Below, in pieces: positions 13,001 through 26,155 of a DNA stretch of 64,000 nucleotides. The notes under the pieces are model-generated. The model had not been told where the DNA came from. It made no database searches and saw only the letters and a list, made by a program, of their open reading frames with translations. This DNA comes from Podarcis filfolensis (taxonomy: Eukaryota), in NCBI GenBank assembly GCA_964270895.1, contig OZ185437.1. One strand, given 5' to 3'. The translations under genes were made by a program, and so were the position numbers. Numbering within the stretch: the stretch's first letter is position 1; the number at the start of each line of letters is the position of its first letter.

Positions 13001-14066
13001 TAGTGTGATTGACAGGCGGGGAGCCCTCCCAAATTTGGCCTGGTAGGCTTGATCCAGGATCTGGCCACAGAGCTCATTCCTGCTTTAAGTAATCACTGTA
13101 AGGAAGACTTTCTCAAAATACCTTATTTAAAATAGTTCTTGAGAGCTATGAGGAAGTGACAAAGCCGAATACATAGCAACCTTTATTTTCATGTCCATTC
13201 TTTTATTTAAAATTTTTGTATGCCATATCCATTTTATGTGAATTTTGGCTAATTGCCTATTTAGTGCTCAAAGTAAACTGCATGTAAACACAATCGCAAT
13301 CAATGTGTCACAAATCTGGATATTTTAGAGGCGTGAGTTGCACAACTAAGGGTATACCTGTTGCCTAGCCCTAAGTGTTGTATTTGCACTAAAGACTCCT
13401 GTCAGGCTTGGATATAGTTGTGTCTGATCTTCAAGAACACTGAACACACTTTTTCTTAGTCACGGTTCGGAGAATAAAAGTATGTGGAATTTGGTCCCTC
13501 CACGTCGCAGGCCCATAGTGAACTTTAGTCAGAATGATACGGGAAACTGTGCTGCCTTGTGGGAAGGAGATTGCAAGACTATTCTAGCTTGATCTCATGC
13601 CTCCTTCATCTTATTCATACTGATGTCTTTGACCTATTATGCACCGAAGACCTGCTCATAATTCAGGATTGGCTCTTGTGCTATCCCTGGTTGGAAGAGC
13701 TGCTGATTGATTCAGAAGCTAATAAAGGAGAAACTCCGGTAAGCAGGACTGTCTGACGTTCTTAATATGGGTTCTCTAAAGCCTGCTGGAGAAAGCATAT
13801 TAAGTGTCGAGTCTTCTGATTTCCATTTAATGTGAGAAAGATCAGCCCCCCTCAGTTCAAAGGATCTCTTGGAGGGATTCAAAGTGGGTTCCTTTCTTAC
13901 CCACTCTAGCCATTTCCCTGCTTTACCCCTGTACAAGACTTGTTGGAAAAACTTCACGTTGTTTCCTGCCTGTGCAGGAAATCCATTGGTGTCTTTCACA
14001 GGGAAGGGGTTGGCCTGCATCCACTACAGTTCCTTGAACTATGAAGTAGGCAAGTGAAGTCCACGT

Positions 14067-14382
14067 GAGAGAGCCAGTGTGGTGTAGTGGTTAAGAGTGG
14101 TAGACTCGTAATCTCGTGAACCGGGTTTGCGTCTCTGCTCCTCCACATGCAGCTGCTGGGTGACCTTGGGCCAGCCACACTTCTTTGAAGTCTCTCAGTC
14201 CCACTCACCTCACAGAGTGTTTGTTGTGGGGGAGGAAGGGAAAGGAGAATGTTAGCCGCTTTGAGACTCCTTTGGGTAGTGATAAAGCAGGATATCAAAT
14301 CCAAACTCCTCCTCCTCCTCCTCCTCCTCCTCCTCTTCTTCTTCTTCTTCTTCTTCTTCTTCTTCTTCTTCTTCTTCTTCTT
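14067..14382 (+). mobile_element. Full-length young tRNA-derived SINE (Squam2-like) with (CCT)n(CTT)n tail
   Basis: A-box tgtggtgtagtggtt, B-box-like gggtttgcgtc, body, then simple-repeat tail at about 14306-14382. Confidence 0.85.
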
Positions 14383-14558
14383 GGGACAAGCGTCCTTTCC
14401 CTCCCACATGTAGACTTCTGGTCAAAGGTGGAACTGGTCTGTTGGCTGATTCTCTTCAATTGAAGCCACCTGGTAACTGAGGGCCCTCCATTGCCAGGTC
14501 TCCATTGTCGTACGAGGGAAGCATGTGTTAAACAGTCAGCCTTTGGTCTTCAGGAAGT

Positions 14559-14560
<2 letters not shown>

Positions 14561-14604
<44 letters not shown>
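14561..14604. repeat. (TAA)n microsatellite adjoining a minus-strand retroposon tail
   Basis: Directly visible; followed by tttttatttataccctgccc. Confidence 0.95.
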
Positions 14605-15850
14605 TTTTTTATTTATACCCTGCCCTCCCCAGCCAAGGCTGGGCTCAGTTTGCCTTTGTATCCCAAGTTTCCCCAGGTATGGAGGAATCACCTACCCTTA
14701 CCTAAGTCCTGTTGGGGCACCCTCCCAATTCTCACACAGTATACCTACTTGAATATTATATGGAATGATACGCTAAACTGTGCATCTCACTTTGCACACT
14801 GTTTCTGGCAAGTTCCCTAAAGTCTGTAGTGTGTGCCTGCCTTGCTTCCTGTACTGCCTTTTCAAATTGTTTGCTTAAAATTGTTCTTGCATGGAAGTAG
14901 AGTAATGAACATATCCCGAAATGCAGGGAAAATGAAATCTTTGGTAAAATTGGCCAGAAAGAGTAAACAAAGTGGTTATGCTTATGATACTGTTGCAAAT
15001 TTTAAGTATTGGGGAGAGTCTATACTTGTATACTGTGTATGTTGTTGCCATAATTCATTTTCAGTGGCTTGAGTTTGGGGTGTATAGCTCTTGTAAAATA
15101 GAGTTTACCTCAGATCCCCTTTCCCCACACTGCTTTTAATTTAGGCCTGGGAAATAGTGGATAAATATTAGTAATTTTTTTTCAGGGTCGAGGACTTAGT
15201 GGTTCAAGTTAAATCAGAACTGCGGTATAGCCAAAAGAAGAGGGATTTTGGAGCTGGAAAAGGATTTTAGATTATTTGAAGCTTCCATGCATAGTTCTTG
15301 CAAAACTTCGTTAGGAATTATGTGCATGCAAGAGCAGAGTTAAGCCTTTAGTCTATATAGTATATAAATCTGTCTGGGGATCAAAAAATAAACATCTCGG
15401 TTTAGCTAGTTTGAAGAGGTTGAAGAGAGAAGCAGCCATTTTCCTTGGGACACGACCTGTGACTGGTTCACTTCAGCACCAGGTTGGATCTTTGATTTGA
15501 CTAACTGGGATGGTAACTTAATGCAGTGTTAATGATCATTTCAATGCCCTGGGATCAACAGCGTCAGACTTTTGCTTCCAGCAAGGTCAACATCTTATGC
15601 CTGAGGCTGCTTTATCATAGCCAAGCTATAAAGTTGGATTCACAGACACCTGCTGCAGGAATTGCCATTGGGAGTTCTGTCTTGCGTGTTTTAATGTTTC
15701 AGTTCTAAGCTTTCTTTAATGTGCTTTTGTTTCTCAAAAGGATTAGATCAAACATATATTTTCACTGGGCTTCTTTTAAATGTTCAAGTGAGCACAGCCT
15801 TGTAGAAGAAACTACTCCCCCCACCCCCATGTCCTTTAATTTAACCAATA

Positions 15851-16092
15851 CAGTGGTACCTCAGGTTACATACACTTCAGGTTACATACGCTTCAGGTTA
15901 CAGACTCCGCTAACCCAGAAATAGTGCTTCAGGTTAAGAACTTTGCTTCAGGATTAGAACAGAAATCGTGCTCCGGCGGCGTGGTGGCAGCAGGAGGCCC
16001 AATTAGCTAAAGTGGTGCTTCAGGTTAAGAACAGTTTCAGGTTAAGTACAGACCTCCGGAACGAATGAAGTACTTAACCCAAGATACCACTG
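15851..16092. mobile_element. Tc1/mariner-type MITE, family A
   Basis: TA|cagtggtacctc...gataccactg|TA: terminal inverted repeats with TA target duplication. Confidence 0.9.
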
Positions 16093-16629
16093 TATATATG
16101 TTTTACATCCTTAGTTCACACAGTAGTTGTGCCTTAATTTTGTCTGTTCCTGAACCTGAATTATGTTTTTTTTTAAATTATTATTATTTTGTGATATAGT
16201 TCCCTCCCCTGAATCTTAATTTTCACTGTTCTTTATAAATAAATGCTATCAGCTTGAAATCAAATTCTTTCAAGGAAAAGGCAGGAAGTACTTGGTGGCA
16301 CTTGGTAATTTGAGAGGGCTTCTTTTGAGCACTGGTTTAAAATTGCATTCATATCACACTATTGTTTTTGTCTCTATTTCCTTCTTTTCACCTTTAAGTA
16401 GACATGGTTAGGCTTGCAGCCTTCATCCTTCTAATGAAAGCATGTAATACTTGTTCATTAATATGCCTTCAAACGTGTTGATCGCAGTGATTTCCAGGAC
16501 ATGGATTTTTAAGTTGTTGCAACTTAAAGGGCACATAATTTTAAACCGGTCTGTTTATGATTATTCAAAATAGCAGCCTGTTTCTTAAAAGGTCAAAAGA
16601 GTTCGCACACACATTTACATATTTACCTG

Positions 16630-17041
16630 CTGCTTTGCAGGACAACTTTGGGAGGAAAAAAGGCTAAGGAGTAAACCCTATACAAATTCAGAGTGGAGTT
16701 CCTAAGTGTTGGATGGCACATTGTTCTCCTCCTTTTGGCAACTCCTGCAGCCAAACTGGTGCTAAACGTATTGCTCTGCTTTCCTTTGGATCACGTCAGT
16801 GAGGCTGTGAGGGGGTTCTTTTCATCTGGGCAACCCAGGACCTCTATACACTCTGCCAAGGCTTGTGCCTCAAAGAGAGGTCACTTTGGTGCTGCTAATT
16901 CAATAAAACCAACATGGGAGGCAGCAGTTACAAGTTACCAGTCTCTGTAACCACAGCAGCTGCTGTGATTCTACAATGATTTGACTTTAACTCTGGAGGC
17001 ATAGTCCATCGCCTCAAGACAGATGGATGCCAACAACAACA
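16630..17041 (+). mobile_element. Non-autonomous retroposon ending in a (CAA)n tail, family uncertain (RTE/Vingi-like)
   Basis: Ends gatggatgccaacaacaac; body recalled as a common squamate repeat but not verified. Confidence 0.45.
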
Positions 17042-19105
17042 AAATTTGGATTTATTTGTAATTATATATATTTTTTGTAAAGAGTCGGTAACTGCAATCT
17101 TTAGAAATAATAAGTTGTTGAAATACTCAAGTACCTTGATCCGGAAACGCATCATTTAAAAATACCCACTATAAAACCAGAGCACAGTTTGTACTGTTAA
17201 GACATTTAGCATTTGCTTTAAAATAGGTATACAGTATTTTTACTTTGGCTAGTGTATGGTGGCAGCTGTAGAATTTCTACACACCTTGTATTGATATTGA
17301 ACAATTTTCAGTCTTGTGTTGGAATGTATATCTATTGCTATATAAATTCCAGCCCTGAGAAATTGAGACTCTCCTGCTTAGATGTGTTTCTGGGGAAGGA
17401 GGAGGTTGATTTGAAGTTGTGGGATCTTACCACCATTTCCTTGTTATGGTCAGATCCCCATTCTAAGAGACCCTTCACCTCTGTGGGGGGGCCTAATTCA
17501 CTGAGAATCCTAACAGGAAAGGATCCAATACCCCTTTCACTGGAGAAGAAGACTATATTCTTCGAGAAGAGTATATTTTTGGTGGCAAATGGGGGTCATT
17601 CCCCAGTTACCTATATATAAAGTATATGAAGAGGGAATTTAGTAAACTCCTCTCCTTTCTGCTCTTTTGTGGGAAGCTGAAAGGAAACTCCCTTTTCTCT
17701 CGCCTGAGGAGAGGAGGATTGTGTCCCAATGTAAATTCCTGCATTGTTCTCCATTCCAAACCCAGCATTTCCCACCCTGTGTGGAAGGCTGGGAATAAGC
17801 ACCACAAGCAACATTACACATCATTGCTTAGTTCTTCAGAGCCTAAATAAGTAAATAAATGTAGTCTTTGTTGTTGAGACAAAGTCTATCTGGGTCCTTA
17901 GGAAATTTTAATCTGAAAATCATCCACAACAGCAGTAACTGGTGGAACTACAGCCTTTTTTTTAGCTTTGCTATGCTCACTTAATACTTGAAGTGTAGAG
18001 AAACCATTGTGTTTGAGGCCTTTAGGAAATAGTATCAAACTTACTGATAAATTTTAATTGAGCAACTCCCCCCTGGAATTTTCATTTCATTGAAGAGTAG
18101 TGATTTTAAGGAGAGCAGCATGGTGTCCTCAGAGACTGAAACACCGTTCCAAAGAAACAAAAGGCGTTTTTCTGTGTTTGTAGAAAGTCTTCACGGGAAG
18201 AGTTACTTCTGTGTTCTCTCTAGATCAGCTGAATAATTTGACTATTAAGATTGGGGTGGGCATTTAATGATGTGTGTGCATCATGAGGCTACCTATGAAT
18301 AAGCAATGGTCTCATGCCAACTGGGAATCCTTGAGAGTACAGTGATGCTGCAGAAACTAAGCCAAGTTCTTTGTAAGATTCTAAAACTTCTAAAGGGTAT
18401 ATTTACAAGGATCAAACCTCCCAGCTCCCAACTTGTAGCTTCAGAAATAACTCTGATAGGATTTAGCGTAGTCAGCGCCCCGGCTGGGTGTGGAGAACGT
18501 ATTGCCATGTAGTATTTAGTATTGGATTGACAGCCTGTAATATAAACATTAGTCCAAACACGATCTTATACCAAAACTCCGCCCATGCAAGGAGCCAGCC
18601 GTCTTCCTGCCACGCGCCATAAATCGTTTACGGTTTGCTCGTGCCAGTGCATTTGAGAAACAGCTGCACACTGGGATTAGCAGTTTGTAGAGGGCCTCTG
18701 CTGAGCTAAATTAGGGCCTACTGCCCTGGTTGTCAATGCTGGTAATGGGGGGGGGAGTGAAATAGCAGAAGTGTTTCTCTGCACCAAAAGGCTATTAGTT
18801 CAGGGAATGAGGGTGGGGATTTGCGTAGTAGAGGGCAGTGAGTAATGGTGTTCTGGGCTGTTAGAGTAGCTATGTGCTGACATACTTCTTGCTTATGAAC
18901 AGAGCTGGAATGCCTGATCGATGGTTGCCCCGCATCATGGGGAGATTAGTCACTAAATGTAACCAGTATGCCATCAAGCTTTTTTCTGTAGCATAGCAAA
19001 TGTGCAGGTAAGTGTTAACATGCTGAAGAAGAGAGTAGCTTGGCAGTAGGGATGTTTCGTTGGGATTGCTTTGTGCTCATACAGAATGGCCACCCTTTCC
19101 TGTTA

Positions 19106-19334
19106 CAGTGGTACCTTGGGTTACATAGGCTTCAGGTTACAGACTCCGCTAACCCAGAAATAGTACCTCGGGTTAAGAACTTTGCTTCAGGATGAGAACA
19201 GAAAGTGTGCTCTGGTGGCGCGGCGGCAGCAGCAGGAGGCCCTGTTAGCTAAAGTGGTGCTTCAGGTTAAGAACAGTTTCAGGTTAAGAACGGACCTCCG
19301 GAACGAATTAAGTACTTAACCCGAGATACCACTG
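19106..19334. mobile_element. Tc1/mariner-type MITE, family A
   Basis: TA|cagtggtacc...gataccactg|TA; near-identical to 15851-16092. Confidence 0.9.
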
Positions 19335-19847
19335 TATTGGGAAGGAGACTTTGTGCCTAATATCCTAAAGATATTTCTGTGTAGCTCTTAGGTCTTCCTT
19401 CTGTCCAGTTCTCTTTTCTCATGACCTGTACAGTTTTTATTTTTTAATTGCTCTTCTAAACTGCCCTTTACTCAAACGAATCCCCTAAAATATAAATGAT
19501 AGACTTCAGGACAAAGAGCAGCAGCAAATACAGATAAAAATTCAGCAGCAGACATAATACTCCTCAAATTACCAAACCTTGGAGAGTCTTAATCAGTGCC
19601 AACAAAAGCCTGGGTAAACAAGTGTGTTTTACTTGGCACCAGAAACGCATCAGTGTAGAGGCTAACTGCACCTCTGTGTAAGGGAATTCCTTAGTTAGGG
19701 TCTTCTCGGTAGTGGCACCCCATCCCCTGTCACTATACAGTGTTTTATCCCCAGTGAAAAAAGGAAGAAAGCCTCTTCAGGTCAGCTTGTAAATGGAAAC
19801 AGGTATTTTGATTCTGGGCTTATTTAGGGCTTTGTTTCTCAGCATTG

Positions 19848-20217
19848 GGGATGCGGGTTGCTCTGTGGGTTAAACCACAGAGCCTAGGACTTGCTGATCA
19901 GAAGGTCGGCAGTTCAAATCCTCGCGACGGGGTGAGCTCCCGTTGCTCGGCCCCTGCTCCTGCCCACCTAGCAGTTTGAAAGCATGTCAAAGTGCAAGTA
20001 GATAAATAGGTACCGCTCCGGCGAGAAGGTAAACGGCGTTTCCGTGTGCTGCTCTGGTTCGCCAGAAGTGTCTTAGTCGTGCTGGCCACATGACCTGGAA
20101 GCTGTCTGCGGACAAACGCCGGCTCCCTCGGCCTATAGAGCGAGATGAGCGCCGCAACCCCAGAGTCGGCCATGACTGGACCTAATGGTCAGGGGTCCCT
20201 TTACCTTTACCTTTACC
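19848..20217 (+). mobile_element. Sauria SINE, full length
   Basis: Characteristic ggtaccgctccggcg...aaggtaaacggcg body, (TTTACC)n tail and 12-bp TSD ttctcagcattg at 19836-19847 and 20218-20229. Confidence 0.92.
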
Positions 20218-21337
20218 TTCTCAGCATTGACACCTTAAATTGGAGCCAGAAATTTATAGGGAGCCAGTGCAGGCCACACCACTAGCATAATCCTGCATAG
20301 ATGCTCCAGGCAACAGGCTAGCAACAGTGTTCTGCACTAGCTGGTGTTTTCAGACTATCTTAGAAGGCATTTCTGAGTAGGAAAAGCATCATGTTTGGAA
20401 CAGCTTTGTCTTGTGCTATGGATGCCGGTCTGATGTTAGAATAGCTCCATAATTTCTGTGGGATAAAATGTTGGGTGAGATCACATGGAACCTCTTTAAT
20501 ATTCTGTCTTTTTTCATTCTGCAGTTGAGTAAGTGGGCAGGAGGCCACTATATTGTTGGTTACAGAAACAGAATAAAAATGATCCATAAATACACACATG
20601 CACAAACAAAAAACTAGCCATTTTTTGGAAACCATGTTGCAGAGTTTGGGGTACTTTGCAGAATGTATTATTTGTTTATTAAAAACACCCTCAATCCAAA
20701 TGATTATTTGGAGGATCAGAAATTAGTTGTGCCTTAGTGACTTCCTTTTCCATTCCCTGTTTGAACATGAACCATAGTTTGCTTTGTTGCCTGCATCAGC
20801 AAATTGTGCTTTGTGCTTTCTCTCTAAATCAGAATTAGAAACCTACTTCAAACTATGGTTTCAGATTCCAGTTTGAAAGGCAAGTTCTAACCAGAGATTG
20901 CCAATTCAGACATCACAATACATGATTGTTAGTGCTAAATGGGAAGCAGAGATAGACACTGCATGCAGGAGGCAAGGAGAGGATGTACAAGTCTGTGGCT
21001 TGTACATGGTCTTCTAAAGCACCATTTTGCAGAGCTATCTGATTTTTTATTCATTCTCTTTTCACTTACGCTGGTTGTAAATCCACAATTTTTCTACTTG
21101 TGCCCAAGTATTAACCTTAGGACACATTAATAATTCAGCCTATCACAGATGGACTTCCCATGCTGTTTGGTAAGTAAAACAGTATTTTATTTACCTGTAT
21201 GTAGTGAGCTATGCTTGGGAACGACCATATTAAAATCTTGTAGTTTTATCTGTTGCCATGTCTCTTCGGTTAGCTCCGCTGAGTATTGAACATATTGATG
21301 TTCGTATTATATTTATTTTCTGAACCAAAAGGACATT

Positions 21338-21531
21338 CCAGTAGCACCTTAAAGACCAACTAAGTTAGTTCTTGGTGTGAGCTTTCGTGTGCATGCACAC
21401 TTCTTCAGATACACATGCACACGAAAAGCTAACACCAAGAACTAACTTAGTTGGTCTTTAAGGTGCTACTGGAAGGAAAAAAATTTTTTGTTTTGACTAT
21501 GGCAGACCAACACGGCTACCTATCTGTAACT
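21338..21531. mobile_element. Penelope-like element remnant (inverted terminal-repeat arms) with 12-bp TSD
   Basis: Inverted repeat ccagtagcaccttaaagaccaactaagttagttcttggtgt / acaccaagaactaacttagttggtctttaaggtgctactgg; TSD caaaaggacatt at 21326-21337 and 21532-21543. Confidence 0.8.
21375..21412 (-). ncRNA. Minimal type I hammerhead ribozyme motif
   Basis: Minus strand GUAU-CUGAAGA-A-GUGUG-CAUG-CACAC-GAA-AGCU-C-ACAC: catalytic core, helix II, palindromic helix III; one helix I mismatch. Activity untested. Confidence 0.7.
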
Positions 21532-24500
21532 CAAAAGGACATTGATAGGGAGGAAAGAAAAAGCCCAATTATGGCCTGGTTCCCATGTTATGCTAAGCCA
21601 TGGTTAAGCCAGAGTTTCTAAACTGGTAAGAAACCATGTTTGTGAGATGGTTTGTTCATGATTAGTAAACCATGGTTAAGCTACTGGGCCAGGTTCATAA
21701 AATGTGGTTTATAAACTGTAGTTAGCATTGCATGCAAACACAGCCATAAGACTATTGAGGTGGAAGTACTTAGACATAGGCCTTGTTCCCATCTCACTGT
21801 AAACCAAACTAGAACTGCACAAACATACTGCTTCCTGCACAAGAACTTATATCCACTTTGCTGCTCCCTAGTCCTTTTAGCATAGTACTCTGCTGCAGCT
21901 AAGCCAGGGTTTGACTTAGTCTGTTGTCTGAACCAGGCTAGAGTCACTTTTTGCCCCTGTTCGGAGACCCAAAATAGTACGAACACAAGGCTATGGAAGG
22001 CTGAGGAGCACAGCTTGATTGTGTTCAGTGATGGCAAATATATGGTCTTTGCAAAAACCTAAATTTCTCAAACTGATGACATTGCTATGACAGGGTCATC
22101 AACAATGGGTTGGCTAACTGTATGTATCTGAGAACTTAATGAATGCCTGTGTCCAGAACCTTTTCACCTAGGCACAGTCCCACCACACAAGTTCAAAGGA
22201 GTCCACTGATGGCACCTGTGGAGGTATTGAAGTGGGGTCTACAGCCACCATAGGAGTACTTTGTGCAACACCTCCTGAATTCTGGCAGAGGTAGAGCGGA
22301 GGTTTAGTCCAAATCGAGTCCCCACAGTTCTCTTCAGTGCTTATGTCCAGATCACCTTCCCATATAGTTCCCACCATTGATAATTGGTATATCTGGGAGG
22401 CCCCCCTTGAGCTTTCCATCTGGCTGGATGCGGAAGTACTCATAAACTAACTGTGAGTAGATACCATATCAACAGCTTCCACACAATGACCTCACCTGGG
22501 CAATGCATATTTCTACTTTTGCTCAGAGTGAAGCCTTGCTGCAATTTGCTGCTAGACACTGTTTTGTTCTTAAGAAACAACTGAAGACTGGTATGCAAAT
22601 ATAACAAAATGATTGATAGGCATAAATTCAAAGTCCCACCTCCCCAGCCCATTAGTGTTCCTAAGCAACCATGAGGGCTAGTAACTTTAGTAAAGCAATA
22701 TGTACTGAAATATAACAGGATCTCACGAGCTGTGTCTTGCAGTGCCTTTCCCCAAATAAGTAAATCAAGATTCATTGTTTGTGTAGAATTCAACCTACAT
22801 ATAAAGCACGGAGTGTTTTTGTGTGTGTTTTCCCTCCACTGTGTGTGTGAGAGAGCTATTTCTAACCCTCTCTCTCCTCCTGCTGGGTGTTTGTTGCTGC
22901 TGCTGGAAGTGATTTTCTTTCCACCCCTCACCCCCACCCCATTAAAAAATCCAAAATAGAGTGTTAGCTTTCTGCCTGAAAGGACTTAACCTCATGTTGA
23001 CTGATGAACCTTGGATAGGCTTATTTCAAGGGATTGCATGTTGTCCACAGCACCTGTGTGCATCTACACTCACTGAGTTTTAAACTGAGGATAATTCATT
23101 GTCGGTCATGATAGTTCTCGGTTTGTTGCTGGCTACTTTTCACATGGAAATGTTTTGGAGGTACTGTGAATAATTTGGGGGGGGGGGTTGAGGGGAGGGA
23201 TTGGACAAGGGAGAGCTGATGGACATGCAAATAAGACTTTAATTCTCCTTGTCGTATTCTCTTTGCCCAGCTGTATATAGTAACTTCACAGTACGTGTCT
23301 CTTCCTATTCCTATGAAAGTAGACTTTGTTCTCTGAAGACTGCTAATCATGCCCCATGGGGGTGTAATCAGTTATAAGGTATTTAATATATGCAGGCAGG
23401 AACAGGCTGCCTGGCCAGGCTGGCAGATTGCAACACTACAATTATAAAGGGCCCCTTTCCCCTGCTCTGCCCGCCCACCAGTGGCAGGATGAGGGCTTTG
23501 CCCTGAGATGCTGTAAAACATACAAAGAATAAACGTGGGCGGGAGCTGGGTAAGCGCAGAGACACCTCCTTTGCCTGCCTGCTGTTTTCCTGCTTATCTG
23601 AATGCTGGGAGAGACAGTACTGCTGAGACTCCTGGAAGCTGGGAGCAGTTGGAGGGGGGGTGGCTGGTAAAAGGGCTCCCCCCCTCTTTCTTTTGGTGGA
23701 GCCTAAAGGGGCTTTTCTTCATGGGCAAGTGCTTGGAAACGAGGAAACGTATTTCAGTATCTTGGAAGAGAATGGGATTTTTGTTGCATTTCTCTAGCTT
23801 GCAGTGCGAATGTGGCACACCCTGCTGCCTCATCGGTCTTTACTTCGTATTGCCTCTCTATGTTTTTGGCACTTTCCCTGCCCATTTTCATTTTTGTAGG
23901 CCGCCCCCCCCCCACTTTTAATTAAAACCATGGTAGCAAACCTTCCACAACTTTCCAGGTGCTCCCTGTGTTCCTTGATCGTTCACATGAAGCCAAACCA
24001 CCCCTGGATCGTTGAAGAGCATTTGCTAAAAAAGCAAAACCAAACCGATTGTGCTATAAAATGGAACAAACAAGGCGTGAGCTGTTTGTCTTTGCCTTGC
24101 AATAACACTTGGTCTGGGGTTCTAACAAGCTTCTACCTGTAAGGGGAGTGGGGCAGAAATTGTCTTGGGCCATCTCAAGGCAGTCCTGGATTTAAGTTCA
24201 GTGTTTTTGGAGAGAGAATGTGATTCACACTTTTAGTTTCCAAAAGCAAACTTGAAAGCAGAACATTTGTGTGAGACAATTAAGAGGGAAGACAGTGCCC
24301 TTCAGTTTGATCTAGGCTTGTCTGGGAAGCTGGCAACAGCTCTTTTTGAGGTAAACCGTCTCCTATTTCAGTAATGTCCTTTAATTGTATATTATTAGCA
24401 CAATCCATTCATATTAGTCCTACATAGTGCACACCACGGACAGCTGCTTGTACTTGACAAAAACTGGCAACCGTTTGATTTTGATGGAGACATAAGGTTA

Positions 24501-25835
24501 CCTGTTCATATTGTCCACTGTTACTGTACGACGTCACTCATGTCAGCACACAAGTGGAGTGGAATTGGCTTTGCTTGTCTTCACAACAGCACTGTAGGGA
24601 GGTAAAAGTTGTAGTACTGTATTCTACTTTGCACGTGGGCAATTGACACTAAGCCATAACATAGCCAAGGTGGTCCTATAGCTGAAAGAGAATCAGAGCT
24701 TCTCAGTCTGGAGAAGTTTAATAGGTTGGATTCTCATAATTCATTGTTGCCTTTGCCAAGGAGAAGCAGGATTAGAGAACACTTCTGCCTCTGAAGACTT
24801 TGTGGGTGCATAGCGTGTATGTAGCTCCACCCTGTGTGGGCGGCTTTAAGAGCAGGGTCCCCTCCATGTTTACCAGGCATCAGAGACCTTTGCCTTGATT
24901 TCTGAGGCTTCCTGTTGTGGCAGGTGGCTCTGAGAGGAAGAGTTCAGTAGAGCAGAAATCATATCAGCCTTTGCTGACTTTTGGTAGTGTATTTGTGTGA
25001 AAGGGTGTTGAGGTGGAGAAGAGAGAGAGAGGAATACCCTGCGGGGGGGGGGGGAGGATGGTAACTGGCTTTGAAAAAGGGAGCTGCGTTAAACCAAACA
25101 TTAAAGGGTAGTTTAGCAGTTTCTTTCAGCTTCCTTCTGTTAAACGGAGATTTTTAGATGGTTGAATACTGGCTGTTTTGAGCAAAAGCTGGATTGGCAG
25201 GGAGGAAGGGAGAAGCTTCTTACATATTTCTTAAAACCGTTCTTGGCTAGAAAGATCCAGCTGCTCCCCAGTTAGCCCAGTCTACAAATGTGCGTGCGTG
25301 CGCACACACATATGAAAGTTATGCTTATGAATTCCCCTTCTCATCCTATTTTGTTTGCTTCAGTACACTTGGTAGTGGCTCCAGTACTCCTCTGTCCGGG
25401 TTCACGGCTGAGGCAGTGGTGGAGGTCTGTAGCTGGCATAGTTGGAGGGACTGCGGAGGCCACGTGGGCTTGGCTGCTTGTTTTTGTTCTCTGCTTTGCG
25501 TGGAATGCAGTGTGTTTGTCTTTCTTGGCCTGTGGTTTCAGCCTGCATTCCTGCGCATAGAGTCAGCCTGGCGGCAGGCGGCGTGCTGTTCATGCCCTGC
25601 GGCTACATGCTTTCAGCTCCACATCAAAGGTGTGTTTAGTGCGTAGCTTGTGCCGTTCTTGGCCACACCTGGTGGCCTGCAGGCACGCAGGTAGGAGGGG
25701 CCTGGGTTGCGTTTCCAGACACTGTTTTAAGGTTTAGACTTCTTCTCCGTACTTATGAAAGCAGAAGAGTTGAGTTTATGTTAAACAGTTGGGGGGAAAA
25801 ATCCACATCCATGGTAACTGAGGAACTCAGCAAGG

Positions 25836-26155
25836 AGAGACGGTTGCTTTAGGGGCGGGTGTAAACCACTGAGCCCGCGATGGGGTGAGCTCCTGTTGCT
25901 CGGTCTCAGCTCCTGCCAACCTAGCAGCTCAAAAGCAAGTAGATAAATAGGTACCGCTCTGGCGGGAAGGTAAACAGCATTTCCGTGCGCTGCTCTGGTT
26001 TCGCCAGAAGCGGCTCAGTCATGCTGGCCACATGACCTGGAAAAACTGTCTGCGGACAAACATCGGCTCCCTCGGCCAGTAAAGCGAGATGAGCGCCACA
26101 ACCCCAGAGTCATTCGCGACTGGACTTAACTGTCAGGGTCCTTTACCTTTACCTT
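25836..26155 (+). mobile_element. Sauria SINE with altered or partly deleted 5' end
   Basis: Same body as 19848-20217; ends ctttacctttacctt. Confidence 0.88.

Noticed and set aside
15851-16092. Recurring cttcaggtta units resembling a repeat-spacer array
   Set aside because: Internal repeats of a TIR/TA-flanked MITE in a vertebrate genome; not CRISPR.
19898-20173. Near-identical minus-strand ORFs here and at 26969-27160
   Set aside because: Antisense translations of Sauria SINE copies.
22168-22443. 91-aa minus-strand ORF as a possible retrocopy
   Set aside because: No recognisable parent protein, poly(A) tail or TSD.
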